The position numbers and the translations under genes are program-made. A DNA stretch of 64,000 nucleotides. Source: Ichthyobacteriaceae bacterium. GTDB lineage: Bacteria; Bacteroidota; Bacteroidia; Flavobacteriales; JADGDT01. The stretch spans positions 9,837-73,836 of the forward strand of contig JAGLDK010000008.1 of the NCBI GenBank assembly GCA_023145615.1, read 5' to 3'. The notes under the pieces are model-generated. The model worked only from the letters and a program-made list of their open reading frames with translations, was not told where the DNA came from and searched no databases. Positions 20,318 to 29,811 of the stretch are shown here, in pieces (the first letter of the stretch is position 1; each line of letters opens with the position of its first letter).

Positions 20318-21397
20318 CTAATATTTCAACAAATCTGCAATAATTCTTTCGGCTGTTTTACCATCCCAAAGGTTTGGTATTGAACCTTTTTTCCATTTTC
20401 CTTTCTGAAGTTTTTCCATATACGGAGCCACATTATCAGGATTAGTACCTACTAATTCGTTAGTTCCAATAGTTATAGTTTCTGGGCGTTCGGTATTATC
20501 TCTAAGTGTCATACACGGCACATTCATAACTGTAGTTTCCTCAGTAATTCCTCCCGAATCTGTTACCACAGCAAAAGCATTTTTCACTAAATAGTTAAAT
20601 TCTAAATAACCCAAAGGCTCAATCATGTGCAAATTATCGGCTTTAATACCAATATTGTCAAGCATTTTTGCAGTACGTGGATGCACCGGAAAAATAATAT
20701 TTTTATCTCCTGCACCTTTTACTATTTCATCAATAAGCTCTTTTAGCTTTTCCTCTTCATCAACATTTGCCGGACGATGAAGCGTCATAACAAAATATTC
20801 TTTTTCTTTAAGTCCAAGCTCATCAAAAACTTCAGGCTTATTAAATTTTGGCATATTTTTCAACAAAGTATCAATCATAGTATTTCCAACATACCTGATT
20901 TTACTTTCATCATGCCCTAATTTTCTTAGGTTATCGTTTGCCACCTCCGATGTGGTATAAAAAACATCGGTAATAGCATCGGTAGCCATTCTATTAATTT
21001 CTTCAGGCATAGTTAAATCGTTCGATCTAATTCCTCCTTCAACATGAATTACTCCAACATTAAGTTTTTTTGCAGCAATACTACAAGCCATTGTTGATGT
21101 TACATCTCCAACTACCAAAACCCAATCTGCCATATCTTCCATCAACAAAGCTTCGTAGCGTTCCATTATTCTACCCGTTTGCTCCGACTGTGTGCCCGAT
21201 CCCACTTCTAAATTAAAATGTGGTTCGGGTATGCCAAGTTGCTCAAAAAAACTACCCGACATTTTTTTGTCGTAATGCTGCCCAGTATGTATTAATCTAT
21301 ATTTAATTTTATCCGATACTTTATCTAGCTCAGCAATAATTGGTGCTATTTTCATAAAGTTAGGTCGGGCACCTGCAATAATGTCAAGTTTCATCAT
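20318..21397 (-). CDS. wecB: UDP-N-acetylglucosamine 2-epimerase (non-hydrolysing)
   Basis: 359 aa with motifs GARPNFMKIAPI, HTGQHYD, HVEGGIRS and ERPETI. Confidence 0.9.
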   Translation of the reverse strand: MMKLDIIAGARPNFMKIAPIIAELDKVSDKIKYRLIHTGQHYDKKMSGSFFEQLGIPEPHFNLEVGSGTQSEQTGRIMERYEALLMEDMADWVLVVGDVTSTMACSIAAKKLNVGVIHVEGGIRSNDLTMPEEINRMATDAITDVFYTTSEVANDNLRKLGHDESKIRYVGNTMIDTLLKNMPKFNKPEVFDELGLKEKEYFVMTLHRPANVDEEEKLKELIDEIVKGAGDKNIIFPVHPRTAKMLDNIGIKADNLHMIEPLGYLEFNYLVKNAFAVVTDSGGITEETTVMNVPCMTLRDNTERPETITIGTNELVGTNPDNVAPYMEKLQKGKWKKGSIPNLWDGKTAERIIADLLKY

Positions 21398-21529
21398 TCT
21401 TATATTTTTTTGGTGATTCTTTTAAATTTATATTTAGCTTAAGCGGTTACTTAATAAATATTTAATAAACGCTAAAATGCAATAGGTTAAGAAATCTTTT
21501 TTTGCCTTTGTAGCGTTAAAAACAACCAA

Positions 21530-22813
21530 CTACTGTTTTTCTAAACTAGGAGATAAATCAGGCTGATAGTTAACAACTTTGCTCTCAATTTTTGCTAAAT
21601 ACTTATTTGCCAAAACAGTTCTATCAAAATATTTTTTAGCATAATCATAACCATTTTCACCCATTTCTGGCAATTGCTCTTTATTATCAATACACCATCT
21701 TATTTTTTCGGTAATATCCATTGTATTTTCAGGTTCGGCATAAACTCCACATTTTGCAGTTTCAACTAACTCTCTCGACACACCATCAATCAACAATAAT
21801 ATTGGACGTTTACACGACATATAATCGAAAGTTTTGTTTGAGTAAATTGTTTTAAAAGTATCTACTTTTTTCAATACAGAAGCTCCCATATCCGAAGCCA
21901 AAATATATTTAAACACATCGGCTTTAGCCACCGAATCAACAAACACAATATTGTTTAAACCTCGTTTTTCAACCTCATCAATTAGTTCTTGTTTTTTCAT
22001 TCCGGCTCCAATAAGCTGAAATACTAAATTTGTATCCTGAAGTTTTTCGGCCACATCAATCAACTGAATTAAATGGTTTGCAACTCCATGTGCTCCAACA
22101 TATGTAACTACAAATTTATCGGCAAAACCAAGTTCTTTTTTAAACTCTTGACTATTAAAATCGGAAGATGTAATTTTTTCTGACAAAGTAAAATCGGCAG
22201 CATTTGGTATAAATATTACCTTTTCGGCTGGAACTCCTTTTTCGTTTATTAATTTATCTCTGAAAGCTGGAGTTAATACATTTATTAAATCGGCTTTTTT
22301 ATAAATAAAACTCTCAAATTTATAAGCCCATTTTATAATAGTTTTATTAGTTAACACTCCTGTATCAATAGCCGACTCGGGCCATAAATCTCTGATTTCG
22401 AAAATCATTGGGAGTTTTTTAAATACCGAAACAACATAAGCTGTAATTCCAACTGTTAAAGGTGGAGATGTTACAACAATGGCATCAAACTTACCATCAA
22501 TTTTAAATAATGCTGCAAAAATACTTGAGTATACAAACGAAAAATAGGCCCATAAACGTCCAATAAAACTAACGTTGTACGATTCTGACACATAACATCT
22601 CATAACGTCAACATTGGGGTAAAAGTTTTTTTCGAAATGAAATGCTTTACCACTATACTTTTCTAACCTTTTACCAGTTGCATAATGCATCATTCCTGCC
22701 AAAACAGTTACTTTGTGACCTTTATCGGCCCAAGTTTGAGTCATTTCATTGAACCGAGATCCTCCACTATCATTCTTCTCAAGAAAGTAAAGGTGTATTA
22801 ATAATATATTCAT
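21530..22813 (-). CDS. Glycosyltransferase family 4 (WbuB-like)
   Basis: 427 aa. The N-terminus MNILLIHLYF..GGSRFNEM..W...GH.VTV and the RDLWPES motif are as in WbuB-type GT4 enzymes. Confidence 0.85.
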   Translation of the reverse strand: MNILLIHLYFLEKNDSGGSRFNEMTQTWADKGHKVTVLAGMMHYATGKRLEKYSGKAFHFEKNFYPNVDVMRCYVSESYNVSFIGRLWAYFSFVYSSIFAALFKIDGKFDAIVVTSPPLTVGITAYVVSVFKKLPMIFEIRDLWPESAIDTGVLTNKTIIKWAYKFESFIYKKADLINVLTPAFRDKLINEKGVPAEKVIFIPNAADFTLSEKITSSDFNSQEFKKELGFADKFVVTYVGAHGVANHLIQLIDVAEKLQDTNLVFQLIGAGMKKQELIDEVEKRGLNNIVFVDSVAKADVFKYILASDMGASVLKKVDTFKTIYSNKTFDYMSCKRPILLLIDGVSRELVETAKCGVYAEPENTMDITEKIRWCIDNKEQLPEMGENGYDYAKKYFDRTVLANKYLAKIESKVVNYQPDLSPSLEKQ

Positions 22814-23214
22814 ATCCTAACCAGATTTAAAGTTCTACTGAATTAGGTAAGCTTTGGGAGCTTAAGTTGTTGTGGTTTTTACTGAAAAATACAATTTAAG
22901 TAATACTTAATTTTTAACTATTAATGGTTAATTAACAATTTTTACAAACTCGTTAAAATTTGCAAACAAATATTTTACATTAATACTAAATAGAGGTTTT
23001 AAATATATAGGGGAGGGAATTTTATTACTACTTTTTTTCAATACTCTAAATTACATAATTTATCAGTTTATCTACTAAACAACCGATTTTATGATTGTTT
23101 TAATCGTTCAATTTACCACTCGTTATTAACAAAATAAAATAAAAGATAAATTAGCTTTTATTTTGAATAAGTACCTTCAATTAAAAGCTAATTTATTATT
23201 ATTAATTAAACAAT

Positions 23215-25116
23215 TTAACGCAGTGTTTTAAAATCAACTATCTCAATATTAGTTTCTATAAGCCTGTTATTGGTTTCGAAAGTTAATTGCTGATATTCTG
23301 TTTTCTCTCCATATTTTTCAGAAAACCATCCTTTAGTATATTTCTTTTCCAAAGCTTTTCCATCAAAACCAAAAGCCTGAACTAACACTCTATCATCATT
23401 TAAATATTCGTTTAATATATTCCAATGCTGTACAATTGGAAGATCTCCTTTATAGCCCGAAATTTCATCAATGATTTTCCATTTCAGAGCATTCTTAAAT
23501 TTTATTACAGTTCTGGAATGAACTATATTTTTACCCAAATTAGCAAAAGCACTAATCTTTCCTTTAAACTCAAAAGTAGAATCGGTTTCGGTAACTTTTC
23601 TATCAAAAGATTTAGTCCAGAAATAATATATAAACCTACCCCCTTTTACCATCTGATTATTATTACCAATTGTAATGGTATTATGCCCAGTTGTACCATG
23701 ATAAAAATTCAAATACTCATTATTAGTATTGTACTTATAAGTACCCGGATCGAAAACTATATTTACACCATTACTCCAAATATCTAAATTCAAAGCATCG
23801 GCCTGAGCCGGTCTATCTTTATAAGTACCACACCTAATTGTGGTTAAATTTGTATCATCTCTAAAACCATAAAATCCACCAAAATCATACTCTAAAATAT
23901 TTTTTTGCTGATTTACAACTTTACAAACCACCTGCCCCGAATCTCCGTACCATCTCGAATCTTCAAACTTTTTATTATACAATTCCAGTCCAAGCACATT
24001 TGCCAAAGCTTGTAATTGAGGCTTATAATTTCTGTAATTATTATTATTAAGCGGAAAAAATAATGCACCATCATTCATGCCATAATTTGGCAACCAACCA
24101 TTGGTGTTTTCTTGCTGATTTCTTAAAAACTCAACAGTCATTTTTGCTCTATCGTAAACCACATCCGATAATTTTTGCTGATTTAGTTCCGATATTTTTA
24201 TTGCCCACGTTAAAAGCTGAACAACTACCCTATGATAATTATGAGAAAACTGTAAAAAACTACCATCCTCATAAATTTGATATTCAACTTCTTGCTCAAA
24301 CCATTTTTTACCATCATAACTCCATTTTTCGGCATCAGGAATAAATGGAAATAATATACCCGACAAAAACAAAGTCATAGTTTCGGTAATGGCATGATTA
24401 TTTCTCACAGCTATTCTCGAAAAATCAATATTATTATAAACATGATGCAATTGCCAATAAATATGATTCATTATTTTTTGAAACAACTCATCATTTAAAT
24501 TTTTCGAATTTTTAAAATACCTCAAAGCAAAAGTCCAGTTAAGTACACGCAAACTTATTTCCTGAGAACATTTATAATTAGGACCTTTGTTAATAGGGTT
24601 ATTATTAATAAAACTTTCTATTTCGGAAAACACAAATTCCGATTGATCAATACCCGAATATAAATCGTAACGTATAAAAGTATATAGCCACGAAAACCTC
24701 GACTTTTCCCAAACATATTTTATATCTCCTGCCTCTTTTGATAAATCAGCAATTTCCGACCAATGTTTATTTATATCATACTCGTAATTGGTTTCCGGAT
24801 TGGTAATCCAGTTATAATTAGTACCCAAATTAAATTTAACCGATGAAAAAAAAGTAAACACACCTTTTTTCATCTCCTCAATTTTTTCTTCCGATACAGT
24901 TTCATTACAATTAAACGACAACTTTTCTTTCGAATCGAAAAAGAACGGGATTTTCAATTCTCTCCATTCATCTAAGCTTATAAAAGTTTTAAAGTTGGTA
25001 TTAGTTGGAAACTTACTTTTCAACAATCCAAGCTTCGATTCTAAAGTATATTTGGCTCTAAAAGCCGAATACCTCAACCCCATATTACCAACAAGGTTTA
25101 TATATTTTGATATCAT
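23215..25116 (-). CDS. Heparinase II/III-like family protein
   Basis: 633 aa. The central ..RNNHAITE.. motif and the overall pattern resemble the heparinase II/III-like proteins found in O-antigen/capsule loci. Called from memory of the family, not from a search. Confidence 0.65.
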   Translation of the reverse strand: MISKYINLVGNMGLRYSAFRAKYTLESKLGLLKSKFPTNTNFKTFISLDEWRELKIPFFFDSKEKLSFNCNETVSEEKIEEMKKGVFTFFSSVKFNLGTNYNWITNPETNYEYDINKHWSEIADLSKEAGDIKYVWEKSRFSWLYTFIRYDLYSGIDQSEFVFSEIESFINNNPINKGPNYKCSQEISLRVLNWTFALRYFKNSKNLNDELFQKIMNHIYWQLHHVYNNIDFSRIAVRNNHAITETMTLFLSGILFPFIPDAEKWSYDGKKWFEQEVEYQIYEDGSFLQFSHNYHRVVVQLLTWAIKISELNQQKLSDVVYDRAKMTVEFLRNQQENTNGWLPNYGMNDGALFFPLNNNNYRNYKPQLQALANVLGLELYNKKFEDSRWYGDSGQVVCKVVNQQKNILEYDFGGFYGFRDDTNLTTIRCGTYKDRPAQADALNLDIWSNGVNIVFDPGTYKYNTNNEYLNFYHGTTGHNTITIGNNNQMVKGGRFIYYFWTKSFDRKVTETDSTFEFKGKISAFANLGKNIVHSRTVIKFKNALKWKIIDEISGYKGDLPIVQHWNILNEYLNDDRVLVQAFGFDGKALEKKYTKGWFSEKYGEKTEYQQLTFETNNRLIETNIEIVDFKTLR

Positions 25117-25486
25117 AATTAATTATAGGTTAATACAAATTACAAGTTGTTTTATAAAAAAGTGGCTCTTAAAACAGTTATTGATTATACATTTTATAAC
25201 TAAAAAATCTAAAACTGTGGTTCTATCACAAATACTATACTTTTTTTATAATAGTTGAGCTATTAAAACTTTAAATAACTCTGTTTTGTTAGTTAAATAT
25301 AGGCTGATGATAAAATTGACTTTATAGCTAAAGTCAACAATTACAATTCAGTAATAAATCATAAATTTCAACATAAAAAAAACGCAAATACAGCACCGAT
25401 TTTAAATAACCATAATGCAGTATTTACGTATTTTTTTTGTTCATTTTTAAAGTAAGTTAATGCTCTAAAAATGTATTTTATTTATT

Positions 25487-27652
25487 TCAGTTAAAATTAG
25501 CCTTTGTTAACACCGTTGCACCTAAAACTTCTATCTGTGCAACATCAATCCAAGCACCCGATTTTAAACTTTCAATAGCCGCAAAACTTGCTTTAGTAAC
25601 ATTTATCAACTCATCGTAAGGTATAAGCGATACACCTTTACCCGAATTTGCACTATCAACAATTTGCTGAAACTGATTTTTATGACCTTTATCTAAACCT
25701 GTTTTCAGTTTCGAGAACCCTTTAAATCCAAAGCCTTCGGTTTTCATAAAATTATCCATAATCAAAGTCCGTTCCTGACTATAAACCTCAAGTCGTTCTT
25801 TAGAATATGATTTTGCTCCGTTTGCAAAATAATTAATTACCCCTGTCGATCCGTTTTCTAGTTTCAACAAAATAGAGGCACTATCGGTATTTTCTTTTGG
25901 ATTTTCACCCATTGCATTCATACAAACCGACTTAATTTTACTACCCGTTAAATGAACTATTAAATCCATATAATGGCAAGCTTCTCCAATAATTCGTCCG
26001 CCACCAACAGCCATATCATGCACCCAAACATTTGCAGGTATAGCACCAGCATTCATAGTTGCAATAACATTCATTTGGCTATTTCCTAGCAACGATTTCA
26101 TTTTTATAGTATGTGGAGAAAATCGTCTATTAAACCCAATCATTAACGATGCTTCGCTATCGTTATAAGCAGCTTGAATTCTGCCTAAATCAGTAGCATT
26201 TAAGGCCAATGGTTTTTCTACAAAAACATGTTTTCCTTTTCCTAAAGCCTCAATTACCATATCGGCATGAAGGTTATGACGAGTTGTTATCATTACAACA
26301 TCAACATTTTCGTCTTCTAAAACCTTGCTATAATCTGTACTACTTTTAGCAATGCCATGTTTTTTAGCAAGTGCTGTTCCGTTAACTCCTCCTGCCGAAA
26401 CTATATGCTGAATATCGGCATTAGTTTTTTCTAAAGCAGGTAACATTGTCATTTTAGTAAAGTTTCCGGCACCAACAACTGCTATTTTTCCTTTCGATGT
26501 AGAAATTGCTTTTTCAGTTACCTCAACTGTGTAATCAGGTACATTATCTTCTTTATATTTTAGTATTGTAGCTATTGATTTCGAGTTTCCAATATCTCCA
26601 TAAATTTCTTCAAAATTCTCAATATCTATTTCTTCGGTAATTAATTCTTTAACTTTTAATCGTCCTGTAGATATTGAATTCAGTACAGTTTCGAAATTTC
26701 GTTTTTCAGTCCAACGCACAAAAGCCATTGGATAATCTAAACCTTTTTGCTCGTAATTTTCATCGTATCTACCAGGACCATACGAACATGAAACCTGAAA
26801 TGTTAATTCTTTTTCATAAAATTCAGTTCTCGAAAGATTTAATCCAATAACACCAACAAGTACAATTCTACCACGTTTACGACTCATATTTGCCGCATCC
26901 GAAATTATATCGTTACTTTTTGCTGAAGCAGTAATTATAACCGCATCGGCTCCTACTCCATTGGTTTTTCCTTCTACGTATCTAACCGGATTATCTCCTT
27001 TTGCAGGATTAAAAGCTAAAACTCCTTTTTTCTTTGCAACTTCAACTTTGGCATCATCTAAATCGTACCCAATTACAGTACAACCGTTAGCCAAAAGCAT
27101 TTCGGCAGTTAGCAAACCAATTAATCCAAGTCCAATAACTACAACAGTTTCTCCATATTGCGGATTTACAAGTCGTAAACCTTGTAAACCAATTGATCCA
27201 ATTACAGTAAATGCAGCTTCTTCGTCAGTAATATTATCGGGCACATGCGCCACTAAATTCTGAGGAACCGAAACAAACTCGGCATGCTGTCCATTTGATG
27301 CAACCCTATCGCCAACTTTAAAATCTTGCACTCCTTCTCCTACTTCAACTACCCTTCCAACATTACAATACCCCAAAGGCAAAGGTTGCTCTAACTTATT
27401 AAAAACAGTTTCAATAGTTGGCATTAAACCTTCAGATTTAATTTTATCCAAAACCATTTTTACCTTATCAGGCTGCTGACGTGCTTTTTCAATTAAAGAC
27501 GCTTTACCAAATTCTACCAACATACGCTCAGTTCCTAACGAAACTAACGAACGAGTTGTTTTAATTAAAACCTGACCCTTTTTAACAGTAGGACTTGGCA
27601 ACTCTGCCAACTCAGTTTTTCCTGTTTTAAACGATTGTAATATTTGCTTCAT
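25487..27652 (-). CDS. Bi-domain oxidoreductase (MDR/zinc-ADH-like N-terminal half + Gfo/Idh/MocA C-terminal half)
   Basis: 721 aa. The N-terminal half is a GroES-like plus Rossmann domain (VVVIGLGLIGLL). The C-terminal half is Gfo/Idh/MocA-like (KIAVVGAGNFTK.., ..HVFVEKPLALN). Confidence 0.8.
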   Translation of the reverse strand: MKQILQSFKTGKTELAELPSPTVKKGQVLIKTTRSLVSLGTERMLVEFGKASLIEKARQQPDKVKMVLDKIKSEGLMPTIETVFNKLEQPLPLGYCNVGRVVEVGEGVQDFKVGDRVASNGQHAEFVSVPQNLVAHVPDNITDEEAAFTVIGSIGLQGLRLVNPQYGETVVVIGLGLIGLLTAEMLLANGCTVIGYDLDDAKVEVAKKKGVLAFNPAKGDNPVRYVEGKTNGVGADAVIITASAKSNDIISDAANMSRKRGRIVLVGVIGLNLSRTEFYEKELTFQVSCSYGPGRYDENYEQKGLDYPMAFVRWTEKRNFETVLNSISTGRLKVKELITEEIDIENFEEIYGDIGNSKSIATILKYKEDNVPDYTVEVTEKAISTSKGKIAVVGAGNFTKMTMLPALEKTNADIQHIVSAGGVNGTALAKKHGIAKSSTDYSKVLEDENVDVVMITTRHNLHADMVIEALGKGKHVFVEKPLALNATDLGRIQAAYNDSEASLMIGFNRRFSPHTIKMKSLLGNSQMNVIATMNAGAIPANVWVHDMAVGGGRIIGEACHYMDLIVHLTGSKIKSVCMNAMGENPKENTDSASILLKLENGSTGVINYFANGAKSYSKERLEVYSQERTLIMDNFMKTEGFGFKGFSKLKTGLDKGHKNQFQQIVDSANSGKGVSLIPYDELINVTKASFAAIESLKSGAWIDVAQIEVLGATVLTKANFN

Positions 27653-28093
27653 TTTATGATTATTATTAGGTTATGTCATTTACATTAAATTTATTATCAT
27701 TTTAAAACACTCCATTAAATTAATAATGTGCTATTAGTAGAATGCAATATTCTATTAAATCAACAATAAATTATTACCATAAATAAGAAGAGATTTACTA
27801 ATAAAAGGGGAAGGGATTTACTTATTTTTAAATACTTACATTAAAGTAATAAGTAATATGGTTAAAACAAAAACATTTCGATTAGCGCCCAACTTTTATG
27901 TAAAAACTGAAATATTACAACAGCATCTAAATCGTAATACAACAAAAACACTTTCGAAATAAAAAGCACTCCGAAAAACATAATTACATATATATGAGTA
28001 AATATTAAATTAAAATCTAAAAATGACTTAGAACTCATGAAAATATTTTTTTTTAGTTTACAACACTTATATTTTGTGTTAAAAATAATTATA

Positions 28094-28624
28094 CTACTCT
28101 CTTTTTCTAATTAATTTTGCAGGAACTCCGGCTACAATAGTATTTGCTTCAACATTTTTGGTAACAACACTACCACCAGCAATTACTGCACCATCTCCTA
28201 TTTCAACACCAGCCATAATAGTACAACCAGCACCAACCCAAACGTCTTTACCTATTGTAACTTTTTTTAATTCATGACCCGATTCAAAAATACTTTCTCC
28301 AATTTTTGGTATGTTATGGTTTGCCGAAAAAATCATGGTATTATATCCAATTAAACTTCTATCTCCAATTTCAACCCCACCGCCTGTGGTAATTAAAACA
28401 CCCCAAGCTAAATCTACACCATCGCCAATAACAATATTACTTGCCGGATTTATTTTTATTCCAGGATAAAAAGTAACCCAACTTCCAACTTTTCCTCCTT
28501 GAATTCGTATCCAATTCGATTTTATTAAATTGAAAAGTTTATGACGTGGAAAAGCAAAAATTATTGTTGATATAAATTCGTATGTACTTACTAGTTCATA
28601 TTTTATTAGTTTTCCAATTTTCAT
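28094..28624 (-). CDS. Hexapeptide-repeat O-acetyltransferase (WcaF/maltose O-acetyltransferase-like)
   Basis: 176 aa with left-handed beta-helix repeats ([42 protein letters not shown]). It overlaps the upstream GT gene by 29 nt. Confidence 0.8.
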   Translation of the reverse strand: MKIGKLIKYELVSTYEFISTIIFAFPRHKLFNLIKSNWIRIQGGKVGSWVTFYPGIKINPASNIVIGDGVDLAWGVLITTGGGVEIGDRSLIGYNTMIFSANHNIPKIGESIFESGHELKKVTIGKDVWVGAGCTIMAGVEIGDGAVIAGGSVVTKNVEANTIVAGVPAKLIRKRE

Positions 28625-29759
28625 ATTGTTGTTTTATAAAGTTCAACTGAAGTTCTACTTTTTCTTTTGGAGTAGGATAAAGTTCAAGTTCTTTTGCCTG
28701 ACGATTTACTACTTCATCATAAAATTCGGGATTAGATTTAAGTGCAATTATTTTATCGGCAATATCTTTGGCATTATTTCTGTCAACATAAACCGGTATA
28801 TTATTGCAAATTGATTGCGACCACTCTAAATCGGAAATTAATAAAGGCTTTTTAAAATGATACGATTCAATAATATTATTACTAAAACTCTCTAATAAAC
28901 TAAACAATCCAACAGCACTTACCTTACTATATAAATCGGGTATAAATGACGTATCAACATTACCTATTGCATTTATTCCACCATTAACCCCTAAACTTTT
29001 ACATTCCGAAATTAACTTTTGTATATTTTCGTTACTATTATCAACTGTTATTACAAACTCAACATCGTTAATATTTTGTTTTTTAAGCTGATGTAAAACT
29101 TCCGGAATTATTGTAAGATTTTTATTAGGATGCCAACCCGTAAGCATCAATATATTAAACTTGTTGCTATCTATTTTTACTTCATTATTTTCGGAAGTAG
29201 AATACGAGCTTATTGATGGACGTATAAAAGTTGTGCTTTTTACAGGAAACTTAAATAAATTTGAAACTCGATTTTGCATTGCTACATTTTCGAAAATAAT
29301 AGCATCGGCTTTTAATGTTTGCGACAATCTATATTTATCAATAAGTTTCTTTTTTATACTTTCGATTCCTGTTGTAGTATTCCAAAAATTAATTTCCGGA
29401 AAATATATATTTGAGTAAGCACTACCAACAACATTAAATGTTTTAGATGATGTTAACGCTGGTCCGAATAATGTATATATAGTAGATATTTTTTTATCTG
29501 AAATTAATTTTTCAAGCTGTAAAGTTTCGAACTTAATTCTATTAAATAACGAATCTTTAACCGAAAAACACTCAAGTTTTTCGTCAACAACTTTTTTATA
29601 AACCGGAGAATTATCATTACATAAAAAAACGTAATCCTTTTTATTACTTAACTGCCCAATATTTGATATAAAATTAATGGCAACCTGAAGTCCTCCACCT
29701 CTTTTTATTGGTATTAAGTTTATTAATAATTTGTTGTTTTTAATCATAAGTAAATACAA
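28596..29759 (-). CDS. Glycosyltransferase family 1 (GT-B fold)
   Basis: 387 aa. The C-terminal half has a GT1-like pattern (..[22 protein letters not shown]..). Weaker motif support than for the other GTs. Confidence 0.7.
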   Translation of the reverse strand: MYLLMIKNNKLLINLIPIKRGGGLQVAINFISNIGQLSNKKDYVFLCNDNSPVYKKVVDEKLECFSVKDSLFNRIKFETLQLEKLISDKKISTIYTLFGPALTSSKTFNVVGSAYSNIYFPEINFWNTTTGIESIKKKLIDKYRLSQTLKADAIIFENVAMQNRVSNLFKFPVKSTTFIRPSISSYSTSENNEVKIDSNKFNILMLTGWHPNKNLTIIPEVLHQLKKQNINDVEFVITVDNSNENIQKLISECKSLGVNGGINAIGNVDTSFIPDLYSKVSAVGLFSLLESFSNNIIESYHFKKPLLISDLEWSQSICNNIPVYVDRNNAKDIADKIIALKSNPEFYDEVVNRQAKELELYPTPKEKVELQLNFIKQQYENWKTNKI

Positions 29760-29811
29760 TATATTAATGTGTATTAAGTATGTGCAGGTTAAAAAACACT
29801 TTATAATGTTT

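Noticed and set aside
23010-23017. GGGGAGGG matches the E. coli KOPS consensus GGGNAGGG (FtsK-orienting polar sequence).
   Set aside because: There is a single exact occurrence. KOPS-type motifs are taxon-specific and are defined by genome-wide strand skew, which cannot be assessed from 64 kb. It is most likely a coincidence.
23425-27263. Plus-strand ORFs 23425..23787, 24063..24344, 24995..25258 and 26961..27263 inside the heparinase-like and oxidoreductase genes.
   Set aside because: They are antisense shadows of long, motif-supported minus-strand genes. No independent evidence supports them.
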